A DNA stretch of 64,000 nucleotides from Octopus bimaculoides (taxonomy: Eukaryota): the NCBI RefSeq assembly GCF_001194135.2, contig NC_069006.1, positions 22,159,712 through 22,223,711 of the forward strand, given 5' to 3'. Below the pieces are notes generated by a model, which saw only the letters and a list, made by a program, of their open reading frames with translations, had not been told where the DNA came from and searched no databases. Position 1 is the stretch's first letter. Every line of letters starts with the position of its first letter. The position numbers and the translations under genes are program-made. Shown in pieces: positions 1 to 11,388 of this stretch.

Positions 1-420
1 AGCAGAATGGTAATTAATTAAACTCACCTATTGTTTAAATTACTATTGTTATTGGCCAAAAGAGCATTATTATAAACTAAGCTAGTATTGTTATTAATTA
101 AATAACATAGTTAACTAAAGCAGAGTTGTTATTAATTAAATTGGCATTGTTATTAATTAAATTATCATTGTTACTAATTAAACCAGGTTTGGTATTGTAA
201 ACACTATTTTATACTCGATTTTATATGAAAAAATTTTACCAAAAATTGTACCAAAGTTGTACCAAAAAGTGTACCACATTTTGTACTAAATTATGGGTGT
301 GACTTAGCAAGCTGTTAACTAATTTAACATTATTTTTTAGTCAATCTTCTTATTAATTAAACTAGCAGTGTTATTAATCGAAGTTGCTTTAGTATTAACT
401 AAGCTATTTTGTTATAAAAT
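1..420. repeat. Degenerate ~21-bp minisatellite (unit ~GTTATTAATTAAA(C/T)TAGCATT) with a 12-bp TTGTACCAAAAA sub-array at ~238-290
   Basis: Consecutive units gttattaattaaattggcatt / gttattaattaaattatcatt / gttactaattaaaccagg at ~130-190, with more decayed units on either side. Confidence 0.7.
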
Positions 421-762
421 AAGATGGGCTGCTTTCATTAATTAATAAGGTAATATAATTTATTATTATTATTCTGCCAAGGATGGGAAACAACTCAGGA
501 CATATTTAAGTTTATTGTATCTTCATCAACAATGCAAAGATTCCACCATACTTTCTGAAGAATTGATGAGAGAATAACTAAGTAAATCTACAATATTATA
601 TATATATTGATTGGCAAAGGAAAATAAAAATGTTAAGAGAAAAATCAATGAATAATTCAGAGATGCTATCTGCTTAAAAAAAAAAAAAGATCAGTTTGAA
701 AAAACATGAAAATATTATTATTAATAAATTTAGTTTTTCTTTACCAATTTACATTAGTTTTG

Positions 763-960
763 TTTTTTAATGTTCACTACATTGAACAGGTTAACACTAA
801 CTTAATTATTCATTAACTAATATCGTCTTTCTATACTGCATAATTATTTCTAGTTAGCTTTTTAATGCTCACTGCATTGAACATGTTAATATTAACTTAA
901 TTAGTCCCTAATTAACATTGTTTGTTTCCTCATTGCATAATTATTTTCTTTCTAGTTAGT
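763..960. repeat. Two-copy ~95-100 bp tandem duplication
   Basis: tttttaatg(t/c)tcact(a/g)cattgaaca(g/t)gttaa...tgcataattatt...ctagttag occurs at 763-858 and again at 859-960. Confidence 0.8.
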
Positions 961-974
961 AGTTTATTGGGAAA

Positions 975-1130
975 GTACATAGCCCAGTAGTTAGGACGCT
1001 AAACTCCAGATCATAAGATTCTGTGTTCGTTGGTTTCCTGCATTGTACCCTTGAACAAGACATTTCACTTAATGTTGTTCCAGTTTAAACAGCTGAAAAT
1101 AAAGACCAGTCTTGTGCTAGTACAGCTCTT
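975..1130 (+). mobile_element. Decayed tRNA-derived CORE-type SINE, 5' part (family D)
   Basis: tRNA-like head followed by ttgtacccttgaacaagacatttcacttaatgttgttccag, matching the better copies at 42781 and 61625. Confidence 0.55.
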
Positions 1131-2404
1131 TCTCTCCTGTCACTTGTCATCACATCTTAGATGTTCCACTAAGCCATAGGTTGAGTGTCTACTCGAAATT
1201 GCATATTCATCTGTTGCAAAGATAGAGACCATCTAGTTATCCTGAGTGAAGAATGACTGATGACTTGCATGGTGACTTTGTTTAAAGTGAAGAAGAGATG
1301 AGCACTTCCAACCTCACTCTCTCATTCAGAATGATCTTCAATCCAATGGCAAAACCAAGTCAAAATGACTGGGGATGGAGCCACATCCAGTGGATGATCA
1401 AGAATATCTTTTTTGCCTCATCTTGCTCTCTACACTCTACAATGCATTGCAGCAGCCACTTTCCATTTCATTTGATCATGACAATTTTTTTTTTCTACAA
1501 AGTCCACTGGATCTAGTCTTTGCATGCATAGGTAAGCAAGTCCTAACTCACCAAGAGTTACATGCTTGCTGGCTACTCTCATCCAGTTTTGCCTGGTAGT
1601 CAAAGCCGTTTACCAGGGTATGGATGCTGTTGCATGCAAACAGGACTTAGAGCCACAGGTGACAGTGGTATCTATACCAGCTTGCAACTACATAACTACT
1701 TACAACAATTAGTGAAAGCATGTTACACACTATGAAATCATACTCACTTGTGATTGACAGCTGTGATGTCAGTAGTTTAATGGTTTCTTCATTAAATATG
1801 TTTTCACAGACTTAATTATAGAAAAGATGTACCTAATCAAATGAATGTTTTTATTGACACACCAACTGTAACCAACACATCACCATTCTTTCTGTACTTG
1901 TAATTGTTTAATTCTTTTACTATGGAGATCAGATATATCCAGTCAAAATTTAATTACTTTTAACTTCAGAAAGCAGTTTATATACCAATCCATATTTTGT
2001 AGAGGAATGTCATGTTGAAACTACTTTCTGTTGAGATGTGTTAAGTTTATTGAGGCAACGTGACTTGCAGAAAACACCAGTTCTATTTTTTTGGTAGCTA
2101 TTTAACATTATTATTGAAATTTAACTTCGCAATGAAATGGTTAATCTACTCTGCCATTCATCAGTGCCATTTAGGAAACAGATGTATTGAGATATATAAT
2201 GAAAGAGATTATAGGATTGGTGACAGCAGCATGTGTTGCTTCTTTGAAATTCTCTGTCTTTGCTAGGATTTATGTGAACATTCTCCACAGTTGTGCCAAG
2301 AATTATGACAGCTACCTATGATGATAATCTGATGGCATATAAACAAACAGCAATAAGCTCCAGTGTGTTTCAGCTCTTTGTCCATAGAGAAATAAGCCAA
2401 AGAG

Positions 2405-2500
2405 AAAGCCTGTGGTCATACCACATGATAGAATTAGCTGCTAAAATATCCCTCAAATCATACCCCACTATCTTGAATAAAAGGAAAGATATATTAGAGA
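2405..2500. repeat. Copy of an abundant short interspersed repeat (family F, core gagatttggctgctatttctagcagg, here reversed)
   Basis: tagaattagctgctaaaatatccctcaaatcatacccc matches copies near 5510, 19380, 29550, 34105, 40610, 43870, 45510, 46075 and 61090. Confidence 0.6.
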
Positions 2501-3001
2501 CAGGCAGACCTGAAGCAGATCTGGTGCAGAGAGAGCATGTCATCAATGAAGTCACAAACAGCAAGAAACGGACTTTGACAAACCTAGATGAGTGATTGAT
2601 TGACAAAATTATTAATCAAACAATTGATTAGTTAATTGGCTAGATGATTAACCAATTGACAAATAAATAATAAAGAAGTGAAATAGAACCAGTGTGTGTT
2701 TGATACTGGCAAAATAACCCTCCAGAGATACAACAAAATATGTTTTAATACATGAGTTCACATCAAGAATCCTGCAAACCAATAGGTCTCACTTTTCTTT
2801 CTAAGTAAAGAGGCTAGTCTGAAGTTCTAGGCAGATGGTCAATCTGGTGTAAATAGCTGCCAAATTGTAATACACTGTACCCAGCTGTTTTAAAACAGGA
2901 TGGATGTGTTGTATGGGGTACACTTAGCTATATAAAAGATAGGATAGTCAATAATAGGTAGATATAGCTATGTAGGACATGTCATCAGAGGCTAGGAGCT
3001 C

Positions 3002-3072
3002 CTAGCCTCTGATGAGATATACATATCTTGTGCACCCATGAAACTTTAAGTCAAATGGAACTGAGTCAAATT
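3002..3072 (+). ncRNA. Minimal hammerhead-ribozyme-like motif (family P2), Penelope-like terminus
   Basis: CTGATGA at 3009-3015, imperfect stem II, GAAAC at 3040-3044, palindromic helix III ACTTTAAGT, GTC at 3050-3052; homologous to 48880-48950 on the minus strand; helix I is poor. Confidence 0.5.
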
Positions 3073-4469
3073 GTTTTTAAGCATAGATATGTAATATCAT
3101 ATATCTATATATATATACAAGTTAGCATATATTTTGATGGTCAAAGTCTTTCAAATAACATTTTGTGTGATCAGTAATAAACTGACTGAAACAGATGGAT
3201 GCATGGTTCAACTTCTATGCAGGATCTGTTGGCTTTCCTGTCTTTGGCTACACATCTTACACATGCATACAGTGAATGAGGAGAACACATGCAATCATAT
3301 AATTTACTGAGCCTTCATATCTGTGATGTCTGCTAGCATGGAAGCCAAATCATGTACCTGTTGTTTACTGGGCAATCATGTTACTGATTACACCAAGTGG
3401 CCTCTGAAAGAATTCAGCTGTTGGAATAACATATATAAAAATTCTTTTGCCTAATAAGCTTAACAAACTAGTCTCCTGTCATATCCCATGAGGATCACAG
3501 ACAATTTAGCATCTACTTAACCACCAGAAGACAGGCTGTACTAATTAGCATCTAACAGACCAATATTACACTGAAGTTCCACTGTATTTATGACTTAGAG
3601 CATCCACAGAACATGAATGGTAATTAGCTGTGACATAAATTACTAAGAATCATTAGTATAAATTATATATGGGTGCATAGGACAGCTATGTGCAGCCTAC
3701 TGTGGTTAAGTAGCTGTTAAATTGTTGGCAATTCTCATGAGACATGAAGCAAGACTAGACTGTCAACCTTATCTACTAAAATCAATGTTTTTATTTGTTA
3801 TTTTGACAGTCAAAGTCTTTCAAATGTCACTCAGTGTGATCAGTAACACACACCAATTGTAATGGATGGATGCATGGTCCAACTTCTGTGCTGGGATCTG
3901 TTGGTTTCCCTGTCTTTGGTTCTACTTACAGACATACACACACACACACACACACACACATACATATAGACAGACAGACAGTGAATGAGAGAGCAAAAAC
4001 ACATATTCATATAATTTACTGAGTATTTACAGCTTTATAGGTTGATAAAGAGATAACTGTGATATCAAATATGTTTTATAATGATTCTAATACGATATTT
4101 TATGTGGTGATGGTCGTGGCAGTGAGTTGTGATAGTTGTTGTTTAGTTACAGGTAAGCACTGATAGAGTAAGCTGATGAAGGTTATTTTTCTATTCAGAT
4201 AGGCTGACACAGTTAGGGCAATATATCCTCCTACATTTTAAGATAGTGATGGAAATTTTGGCTGCTATTTCTTTCCAGCATTATCAAACCATGTAGATTC
4301 TCCTTTGCTAGTTGACAATTTCTTGTTGCCATTGTGGAGAAGCATAAAGCTTAAGATTTTTAAGTAGGAAAAAATAAAACAAAAAAAAACCCCCAAGTAA
4401 TGTCTCGAGTCTGAGGATGATGGGGCATCAATCAGTTTCCATGACATGTAAAGTGACTGAGATCACAAG

Positions 4470-4645
4470 ATTTTCCCTGAATGGGACACCAATTCATTAC
4501 AAAGTTATTCATTTACAGCTGAGAAAACTAAAACAATGTGGAATGAAGTGCTTTGCTTGAGAGCATAATGCCCACTCAGGGCCAGGAATTGAAATAATGA
4601 CCTTGCAATCATGATGTTGGAGTGTTTACATCCCTGTAAACTAGA
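4470..4645 (-). mobile_element. Decayed CORE-type SINE (family D)
   Basis: Reverse complement gives a tRNA-like head (atcatgattgcaaggtcatt..tcaattcctgg) plus ctcaagcaaagcacttcattccacattg..cagctgtaaatg. Confidence 0.55.
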
Positions 4646-5599
4646 GGTTCAGTAGAAGAGACCTGTGGAATAAGTACTTGGCTTTAAAAACATTACTGGG
4701 GTCAATCCATTCAAACAAAAATTCTTCAAGGTGCTGCACTCACATGGCCACAGTCTATTGACTGATACATGATAAAAGGTGTGTGTGTGTGTATCAGCTC
4801 TACAGTTCAACAATCTTACAATAACCTTACTAAATGCATCAAAACAGATGAAACTCATCCATAAAGTTGATTGCTAATAAACACCTCCACCATATATATA
4901 TATCAAATTCTCATTTGAACCATGATTTTTGTTAAAGTCCTACACTGATGATAGTACATGTGCCCACACATACTTACATTTGTACACACAATATTTACAC
5001 ATGAACATACACATATTTGTATACACACACATATAGATATGCATATACATTTGTATACACACATACACATTTGTATGCACACACACACACATCACATATT
5101 AATTGGATAGAATGCTTTGCATTATTTATTGTAACTTTCTGAATACTGATTCCAATCCTACCAAGGTCAACTTTGCCTTTCATCCTTCTAGAGTCAATAA
5201 ATAATAAAGCAGTCCAAGGTGGTGAACTGTCATGCATGTATGTTTTCCTAAGTAAATTCCAACTGAGGTAGATTGGACTTGTTACATGCATTATAGACTT
5301 CCTCAGGTAGACTGGACCTGTTCCTCAACAAATTTTCTTTGGAAAACTACCAGTTTGCTCTCAGTGACATGGTGGGCCAAAGAGGAAATACAAAGTCATT
5401 CTCAAGACAAGCTAGAAAAAATGTTACTTAGAACAGTCCACTTGCATAATGCCTCTCCCAAGGTTTAATTGTAGTCCACTTGCTTGTTACATGTTTTGTC
5501 ACAGGAATGTGATTTGAAGGAAATTTGGCTGCTATTTCTAATAAGTCATGCAACAATTTCAAGGCTTTCTCTATCGAGTAACAGACAAACTATGTACAG

Positions 5600-5772
5600 G
5601 TAGTAGTTGATTATTTCAATCCCACTACTAGATTACCTATTTTATTAACCTTAGGTTAATAAAAACCAAGTTATCTTTGTTGAGATTTGAACTCAGAACT
5701 TAAAAAGGTCAAACTAAATATCAGAAAACAGCTTTTGACAGACATATTACTGACTTTTCCAAACCACCACCT
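5600..5772 (-). mobile_element. Decayed tRNA-derived SINE (family B)
   Basis: gagatttgaactcagaac B-box region and a body matching the copy at 17701-17932. Confidence 0.5.
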
Positions 5773-5842
5773 TAGTTTTATATTCTACTTATTTAGTCAT
5801 GGCTTGTGTTTGGTTTACATATGTGATAATACACACACATTG

Positions 5843-5874
<32 letters not shown>

Positions 5875-6069
5875 NNNNNNNNNNNNNNNNNNNNNNNNNN
5901 NNNNNNNNNNNNNNNNNNNNNNNNNNNNNNNNNNNNNNNNNNNNNNNNNNNNNNNNNNNNNNNNNNNNNNNNNNNNNNNNNNNNNNNNNNNNNNNNNNNN
6001 NNNNNNNNNNNNNNNNNNNNNNNNNNNNNNNNNNNNNNNNNNNNNNNNNNNNNNNNNNNNNNNNNNNNN
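5875..6069. other. Assembly gap. Other N-runs: 11265-11274, 12011-12715, 15743-15934, 30763-31327, 33118-33127, 36708-36795, 37515-37768, 51467-51476, 56939-57607, 61900-61909
   Basis: Runs of N, mostly flanked by (TA)n/(TG)n/(AG)n microsatellites. Confidence 1.
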
Positions 6070-6154
6070 CTTTATTTTCTAAGCCTGTTGATAATTTTAT
6101 TTAATACATACAAATATTATTTCTTATTTAGTAAATATATATACATAATACAAA

Positions 6155-6194
<40 letters not shown>

Positions 6195-7528
6195 CACATG
6201 CAAAAAAGACATAAGCAACAAAATTTCTGTCTACCTCAATATGACGTCTTAGACTGGAGATAAAGATTTCTAAAGATGAAATAGTAAGTTGTGATATTTG
6301 CGGTGATGTTCATGATGGCTTTGATAAAGTAGCATATATATATTTGTATTAGGGAAGTAAATTAACATTTTAGCTTTTGTATGAACTTATTGCCATAGTG
6401 AAACCATGACATTTGCTTCTTGCTTTTGCTTTGGCAATAGTTGTGGCACCATACCCAAAACAAGATGGCATAGAAGACACACTTTTTATGAAAAAATTCT
6501 CTTTAAAAATCACAGAATATTAGAAATGACATTCATTCACAACTCTCACACAACATCAAGACAAAGAGACACATACATACATATTAGATCCATTCACAAG
6601 GTTTAGGTCAGTTCATGGCTATAGTGGAGGCTACCTTGTTGACAACTTTCAGAAATTATATGCACTAATTTCAAACAGAAATAAGCAACAAACCACTTGA
6701 TGTTTAATAGTGGTTTAGACTTACTCAGATATGATGGGCTTCTTTCAGTTTCCATCAACTAGATCCACTCACAAGGCTTTGGTCAGCTAGCAGCTACAGT
6801 GAAGGTTACCTTGTTGACAACTTGTAGAAATTACATGCACTGATTTCAAACAGTTTCAAACAGAAATGAACAGCAAATTACTTGATGCTTCAGTATTGTT
6901 TAGAATTCGTCAGTCATTGAAGTAGCATGTGTCAAAACCCTGAACAAACTGAATTTATTGTATGCTATATATAAACAAACCACTCAAGCTTGAATGGGTT
7001 AAAAAGAATCATTGTGCAGAGAAATCCATTTGAAAGACAGTCCTTTCCATAAATTCAAATAACAACTACTAATTGTACTGATATATCATATGAAAATCTG
7101 ACTAGATGTCAAGCCAAACATAAATATTATCATCAAAAGTAACACTTATGCAGTAAAAAAAAAAAATTAAAAAAATAAACCCTAAAATTACAAAAAATTA
7201 CAAGAGATTCTTTCATTATAATTTTCTCTATTTTGCTGTAATGATTTTTATATGGTGTTTCTGACAACTATGAATGAATGAAGACATCACAATAAGTATG
7301 CTTTTTATTAATATTAATACATTTTTTCCTTCTTAATCCAACCTAGATGAACGAGTCTGTCATTAGTGGAGGAAGAAGATAAGTGATTTGACATACAAAA
7401 ACAACATCATAAAACTACCAGAGGAATTATAAGTTTGAATGTTATCTATTTGTATGTTGCACACCAGTTGTCTGAATCATGTTATGAATGTTGTATCTCA
7501 AATATTCAGCTGGTATAACCTTTTATCC

Positions 7529-7735
7529 TGAATTGTTTCAGTCACTGGACTGAAATGGCCATACTGGAGCATCACCTTCAAAGGTTTTACAGATCAGCCC
7601 CAGTACTTTCTTAAAAAATGTAAGTCTGGTACTTATCCTATTAGTCTCTTTTTGCTGATCCACTAAGTTAGGGGGATATAAATAAACCAACACCAGTTGT
7701 CAAGTGGTGGTAGTGGAGGAAACAAACAGACACAA
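7529..7735 (-). mobile_element. SINE family A, 3' half
   Basis: gtttcagtca..ggccatactggagcatcacc..ggtacttatcctattagtctctttttgc..aacaccagttgtcaag matches the family A tail. Confidence 0.7.
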
Positions 7736-7834
7736 ATTCATTTTTCATGTATATATATATATATATATATGAAAATATATAGGGAGAGAGAGAGAGAGAG
7801 AGACACACACACACACACACACTAGACAGAAGGA

Positions 7835-8194
7835 TACTCTTTTACTTTTTTACTTGTTTCAGTCATTTGAGTGCAGCCATGCTAGAGCACCGCCTTTAGT
7901 CAAGCAAATCAACCGCAGAGCTTATTTTTTGTAAGCCTAGTACTTATTGAATCGGTCTCTTTTTCTGAACTGCTAAGTTATGGGGACCAGCGATGTTGGG
8001 GGGACAAACACAGACACACAAACATATACATACATATACAATGGGCTTCTTCCAGTTTTCATCTACCAAATCCACTCACAAGGATTTGGTCAGCCCAAGG
8101 CTATAGTAGAAGACACTTGCCAAAGGTGTCACACAGTGGGACTGAACCCGGGACCATGTGGTTGGTACGCAAGCTACTTACCACACAGCCACTC
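7835..8194 (-). mobile_element. Full-length tRNA-derived bipartite SINE (family A)
   Basis: Head GAGTGGCTGTGTGGTAAG..CCGGGTTCAGTCCCACTG, then ggcaagtgtcttctactatagcc, an internal TA/CA linker, and a tail ending gactgaaacaagtaaaa(gag). Confidence 0.85.
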
Positions 8195-8204
8195 ATTTGT
8201 ATGA

Positions 8205-8243
8205 ATGTGAATGAATTTGATAGGTGAAAACTGGGAAAGCTTG

Positions 8244-8275
<32 letters not shown>

Positions 8276-8503
8276 ACGCATGCGTGTGTGTGTGTGATTT
8301 ATGTTTGTCACCTTCCCCAGCACTTGACCAATGGTGTCAGTTTGTTTACATCCCCGTAACCTAGAAGTTCGGCAAAAGAGACTAATAGAATAAGTAGTGT
8401 ACTTAATGAAAAGCCCTAAGTACAGAGATCAATTTGTTTGACTGAAACCCTTGAAAGCAGTGCCCCAGCATGGCTGCTGTGTTATAAGTGAAACAAGTGA
8501 AAC
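8205..8503 (+). mobile_element. SINE family A, 5'-truncated, inverted relative to 7835-8194
   Basis: gtttacatccccgtaacctagaagttcggcaaaagagactaatagaataagta..gccccagcatggc. Confidence 0.75.
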
Positions 8504-9155
8504 ATAGATATACAAATATACAAATGCTCTACAAATATATTCATGCACAGATTTCACAAGAATTATACATTTATTACACACACATGTATATGTAAAAATG
8601 CCACACATACACATATATAACATAATCACACACACAAGTACATGCACACACATATATCAAATACACACATACACATACAAATAACTTACTTTTTCAAAAT
8701 GTGAAAAGATTTTCTTTCTATATGAAACTACTCTGGTGAGTTTAGTTTGGTGCTTGAAGAGATAAACATACCACCACCACTACTACTATCACTAAGTACA
8801 GAAGGAAAAAATATTTACCTAAAAATACATTTCAACCAAATGTTGCATTTCTTTCCAATTGTTCTAGTTGTAGTATTTCAGTATTTTTAAGAAAAACGTA
8901 CTTTGCTGACTCTCCAAGATTTCAAGAAGGTGGGGTGAGGTGATGGTGGGTCAAGGGAAGTGGTGTGGGACTATTTTATTTATATTTCTTTCTGCTTTTA
9001 CTGTTAGAAATAAATTGGTGTGTGTGTGTGTTCCCCCCACTCCATTCTGTTGTCTTCCTTATGTGATTTTTTTGTGATTTTTGTAACGTTACAGCTTGGT
9101 CTATTAAACTTTTTAATACCCTAAGAGTTGTTTGCATTCAGTAGGTTAGACAGAA

Positions 9156-9227
<72 letters not shown>

Positions 9228-10809
9228 ATAAAATTGTAAACCTCTTATACTTATATTATCCTTCTCAAATTATTCTGAGTATATACAGTGAAGTAGACAG
9301 TAAGTATTGCTCAAAAGCAATGTAAGGTGTAAGAAAAAGTGACAGAGAGGGGGAGAAAGAGAGAGAGAGGAAGAGAGAAAGAAAAAAGCTAAAGAGAGGG
9401 AGCTGTGTGTGTGTGTGTGTATTTGTAAAGAGAGAGAGAGATAAAGAGAGACATTTATTCGAATAATGTCACTGAAGAAGAAAATATCCTTCCTCTGAAA
9501 TGAAACCAAAATCAATGACAAAATTTCTGTGATTTTTAAGATAGGAAAATGGGGTAAGAAAAAACAAAAGTGAAATGTAAAAGAAAAAAGAAACAAAAAT
9601 AGGAAAAACAATGAGAGACAGAGAGAGAGAGACTTTGTCAGTTTGTTCAACCTTACTTGAGGCTGTGCTGATGTGACATCTATTTTGGAGGAGAGAACGA
9701 AAAAAAGAAAAATAAGATAAAAGAAATGAAAAGAAAAAAAGTTGAAGAGGAAGAAAGAAAACAAAAAACACAGAAATGACAATAATGTTTCCAGATGACA
9801 ACATTATTACCTAATTCAGTAGAATTCCTGAGACAAAATCACTTTTAATAGAATCTACTAAAAGAATTCTAGTAAAGATATCCTACAGAGAGAGACAGAA
9901 AGAAAGAGAGAGAGATGTGTAAATTGTGTAAGTTTGGTTTAGTAACTAAAGTAAAGTAGTGTAAATAGCAATGAAATATATAGAAGAGATGGACATATGA
10001 TAAATATTTGTGTGTAAATTGTGTGTGTGTGTGTGTGTGTAATAATGTGTGATACTGTATGTAATTATGCGTGTGTTAGTGCATGTGAATGGTATGTGCG
10101 CATATGTGAGTGTGTGTATGTGTGGTAAATGCATGTGTGTGTGCGTGTGTAAATGCATGTTTGTATGTGTGTGTATAAAATATTGCAAAGTGTCAAATTA
10201 AAATTTGTCAGATTTTTGTTATTTTGGTATTGTTTTGATTTTTCTTTATTCTGTGATATTATGTTAAATTACGCATTGTTGTCGATATCCAAGGCTTGCT
10301 TGTTTATAAACAGTGCATCTATTAAGAAACAAAACAAAACAAAACAAACAAAAAACCCAGCAAACTCTACAACAAAAAAAAACCCCACCTAAATATCAAC
10401 ATAACACAGCAACAGAATATAACTGGTTTACTGCACTGTGAAATATCAGGAATTAGATATATTTTCTTTAGTTTTAGCACTGAAGAAAAATAGATTGTTT
10501 CCATACAATCAAATTCTATACAATCACTTCATACGATAGATTGGTTATAGATTGGTTATCTCTCATATAACTTGTTGCTGGCATGGCCATGTGGTTAACA
10601 CTTTCACTTTGAAAATCATGTAAACAGATTTCAATCCCACTGGACGAGTGTATTTAGCTGGTTTCAATGGAAGAGGCATGCAACCAACTTGTTCTGAAGA
10701 AAATACAATTTATATAAATAGATTTGAAATAATGTCTTCTACTACAATCCCAGGGCTGACCAAAACCTTGTGACTGAATGATGTAGATAGAAACTGGAAG
10801 AATCCCACC

Positions 10810-10851
<42 letters not shown>

Positions 10852-10872
10852 TCAGTAATTCAGATACCTGTA

Positions 10873-11022
10873 AATAAAGCACACTCTAAAACAGTAGAGT
10901 AGTAATATATTTAGAATGTTGTTTTTTTTATGGCTGATAAGAGAGTGACCACTGGTTTCACACCTATAAAGTGCTTAGCTGTATAGATGACCTGTCAGGT
11001 GTGAAACCAATGATCACTCTCT
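10873..11022. mobile_element. Penelope-like terminus relic with a 26-bp inverted repeat carrying hammerhead 3' halves
   Basis: Arms at 10940-10965 and 10997-11022; minus strand reads GAAAC-cagtg-GTC-actctct; the downstream tail resembles that of the 19.9-kb element. Confidence 0.45.
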
Positions 11023-11225
11023 ATATATAGTACTGGGTTTGATTCATTCAACTAAAAATTCCTCAAGGTGGTGCCTCAGCTGAAACAAGCTATATATTTA
11101 TAATGTTCTCTTCTAAACAAAACAAAAAACATCTGTTTTATATAAATAAATAACCTGTTTGTACATTCACAAGAAAATTTTATTTGAAAGTTCAAAAAAT
11201 GAACGAAAGCACTAATAATAATGAT

Positions 11226-11264
<39 letters not shown>

Positions 11265-11274
11265 NNNNNNNNNN

Positions 11275-11306
<32 letters not shown>

Positions 11307-11345
11307 TATATATGCATATATACACACATATACACACTCACATAA

Positions 11346-11388
<43 letters not shown>

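Noticed and set aside
1-420. Regularly spaced repeats checked as a CRISPR array
   Set aside because: Eukaryotic context, degenerate tandem units without unique spacers, and no cas genes
2293-2595. 100-aa ORF superficially like a Tigger/CENP-B HTH (ISQRE..LAAKISLK..TILNKRKDILE)
   Set aside because: The similar part is a translation of the non-coding family F repeat, which occurs many times in the window
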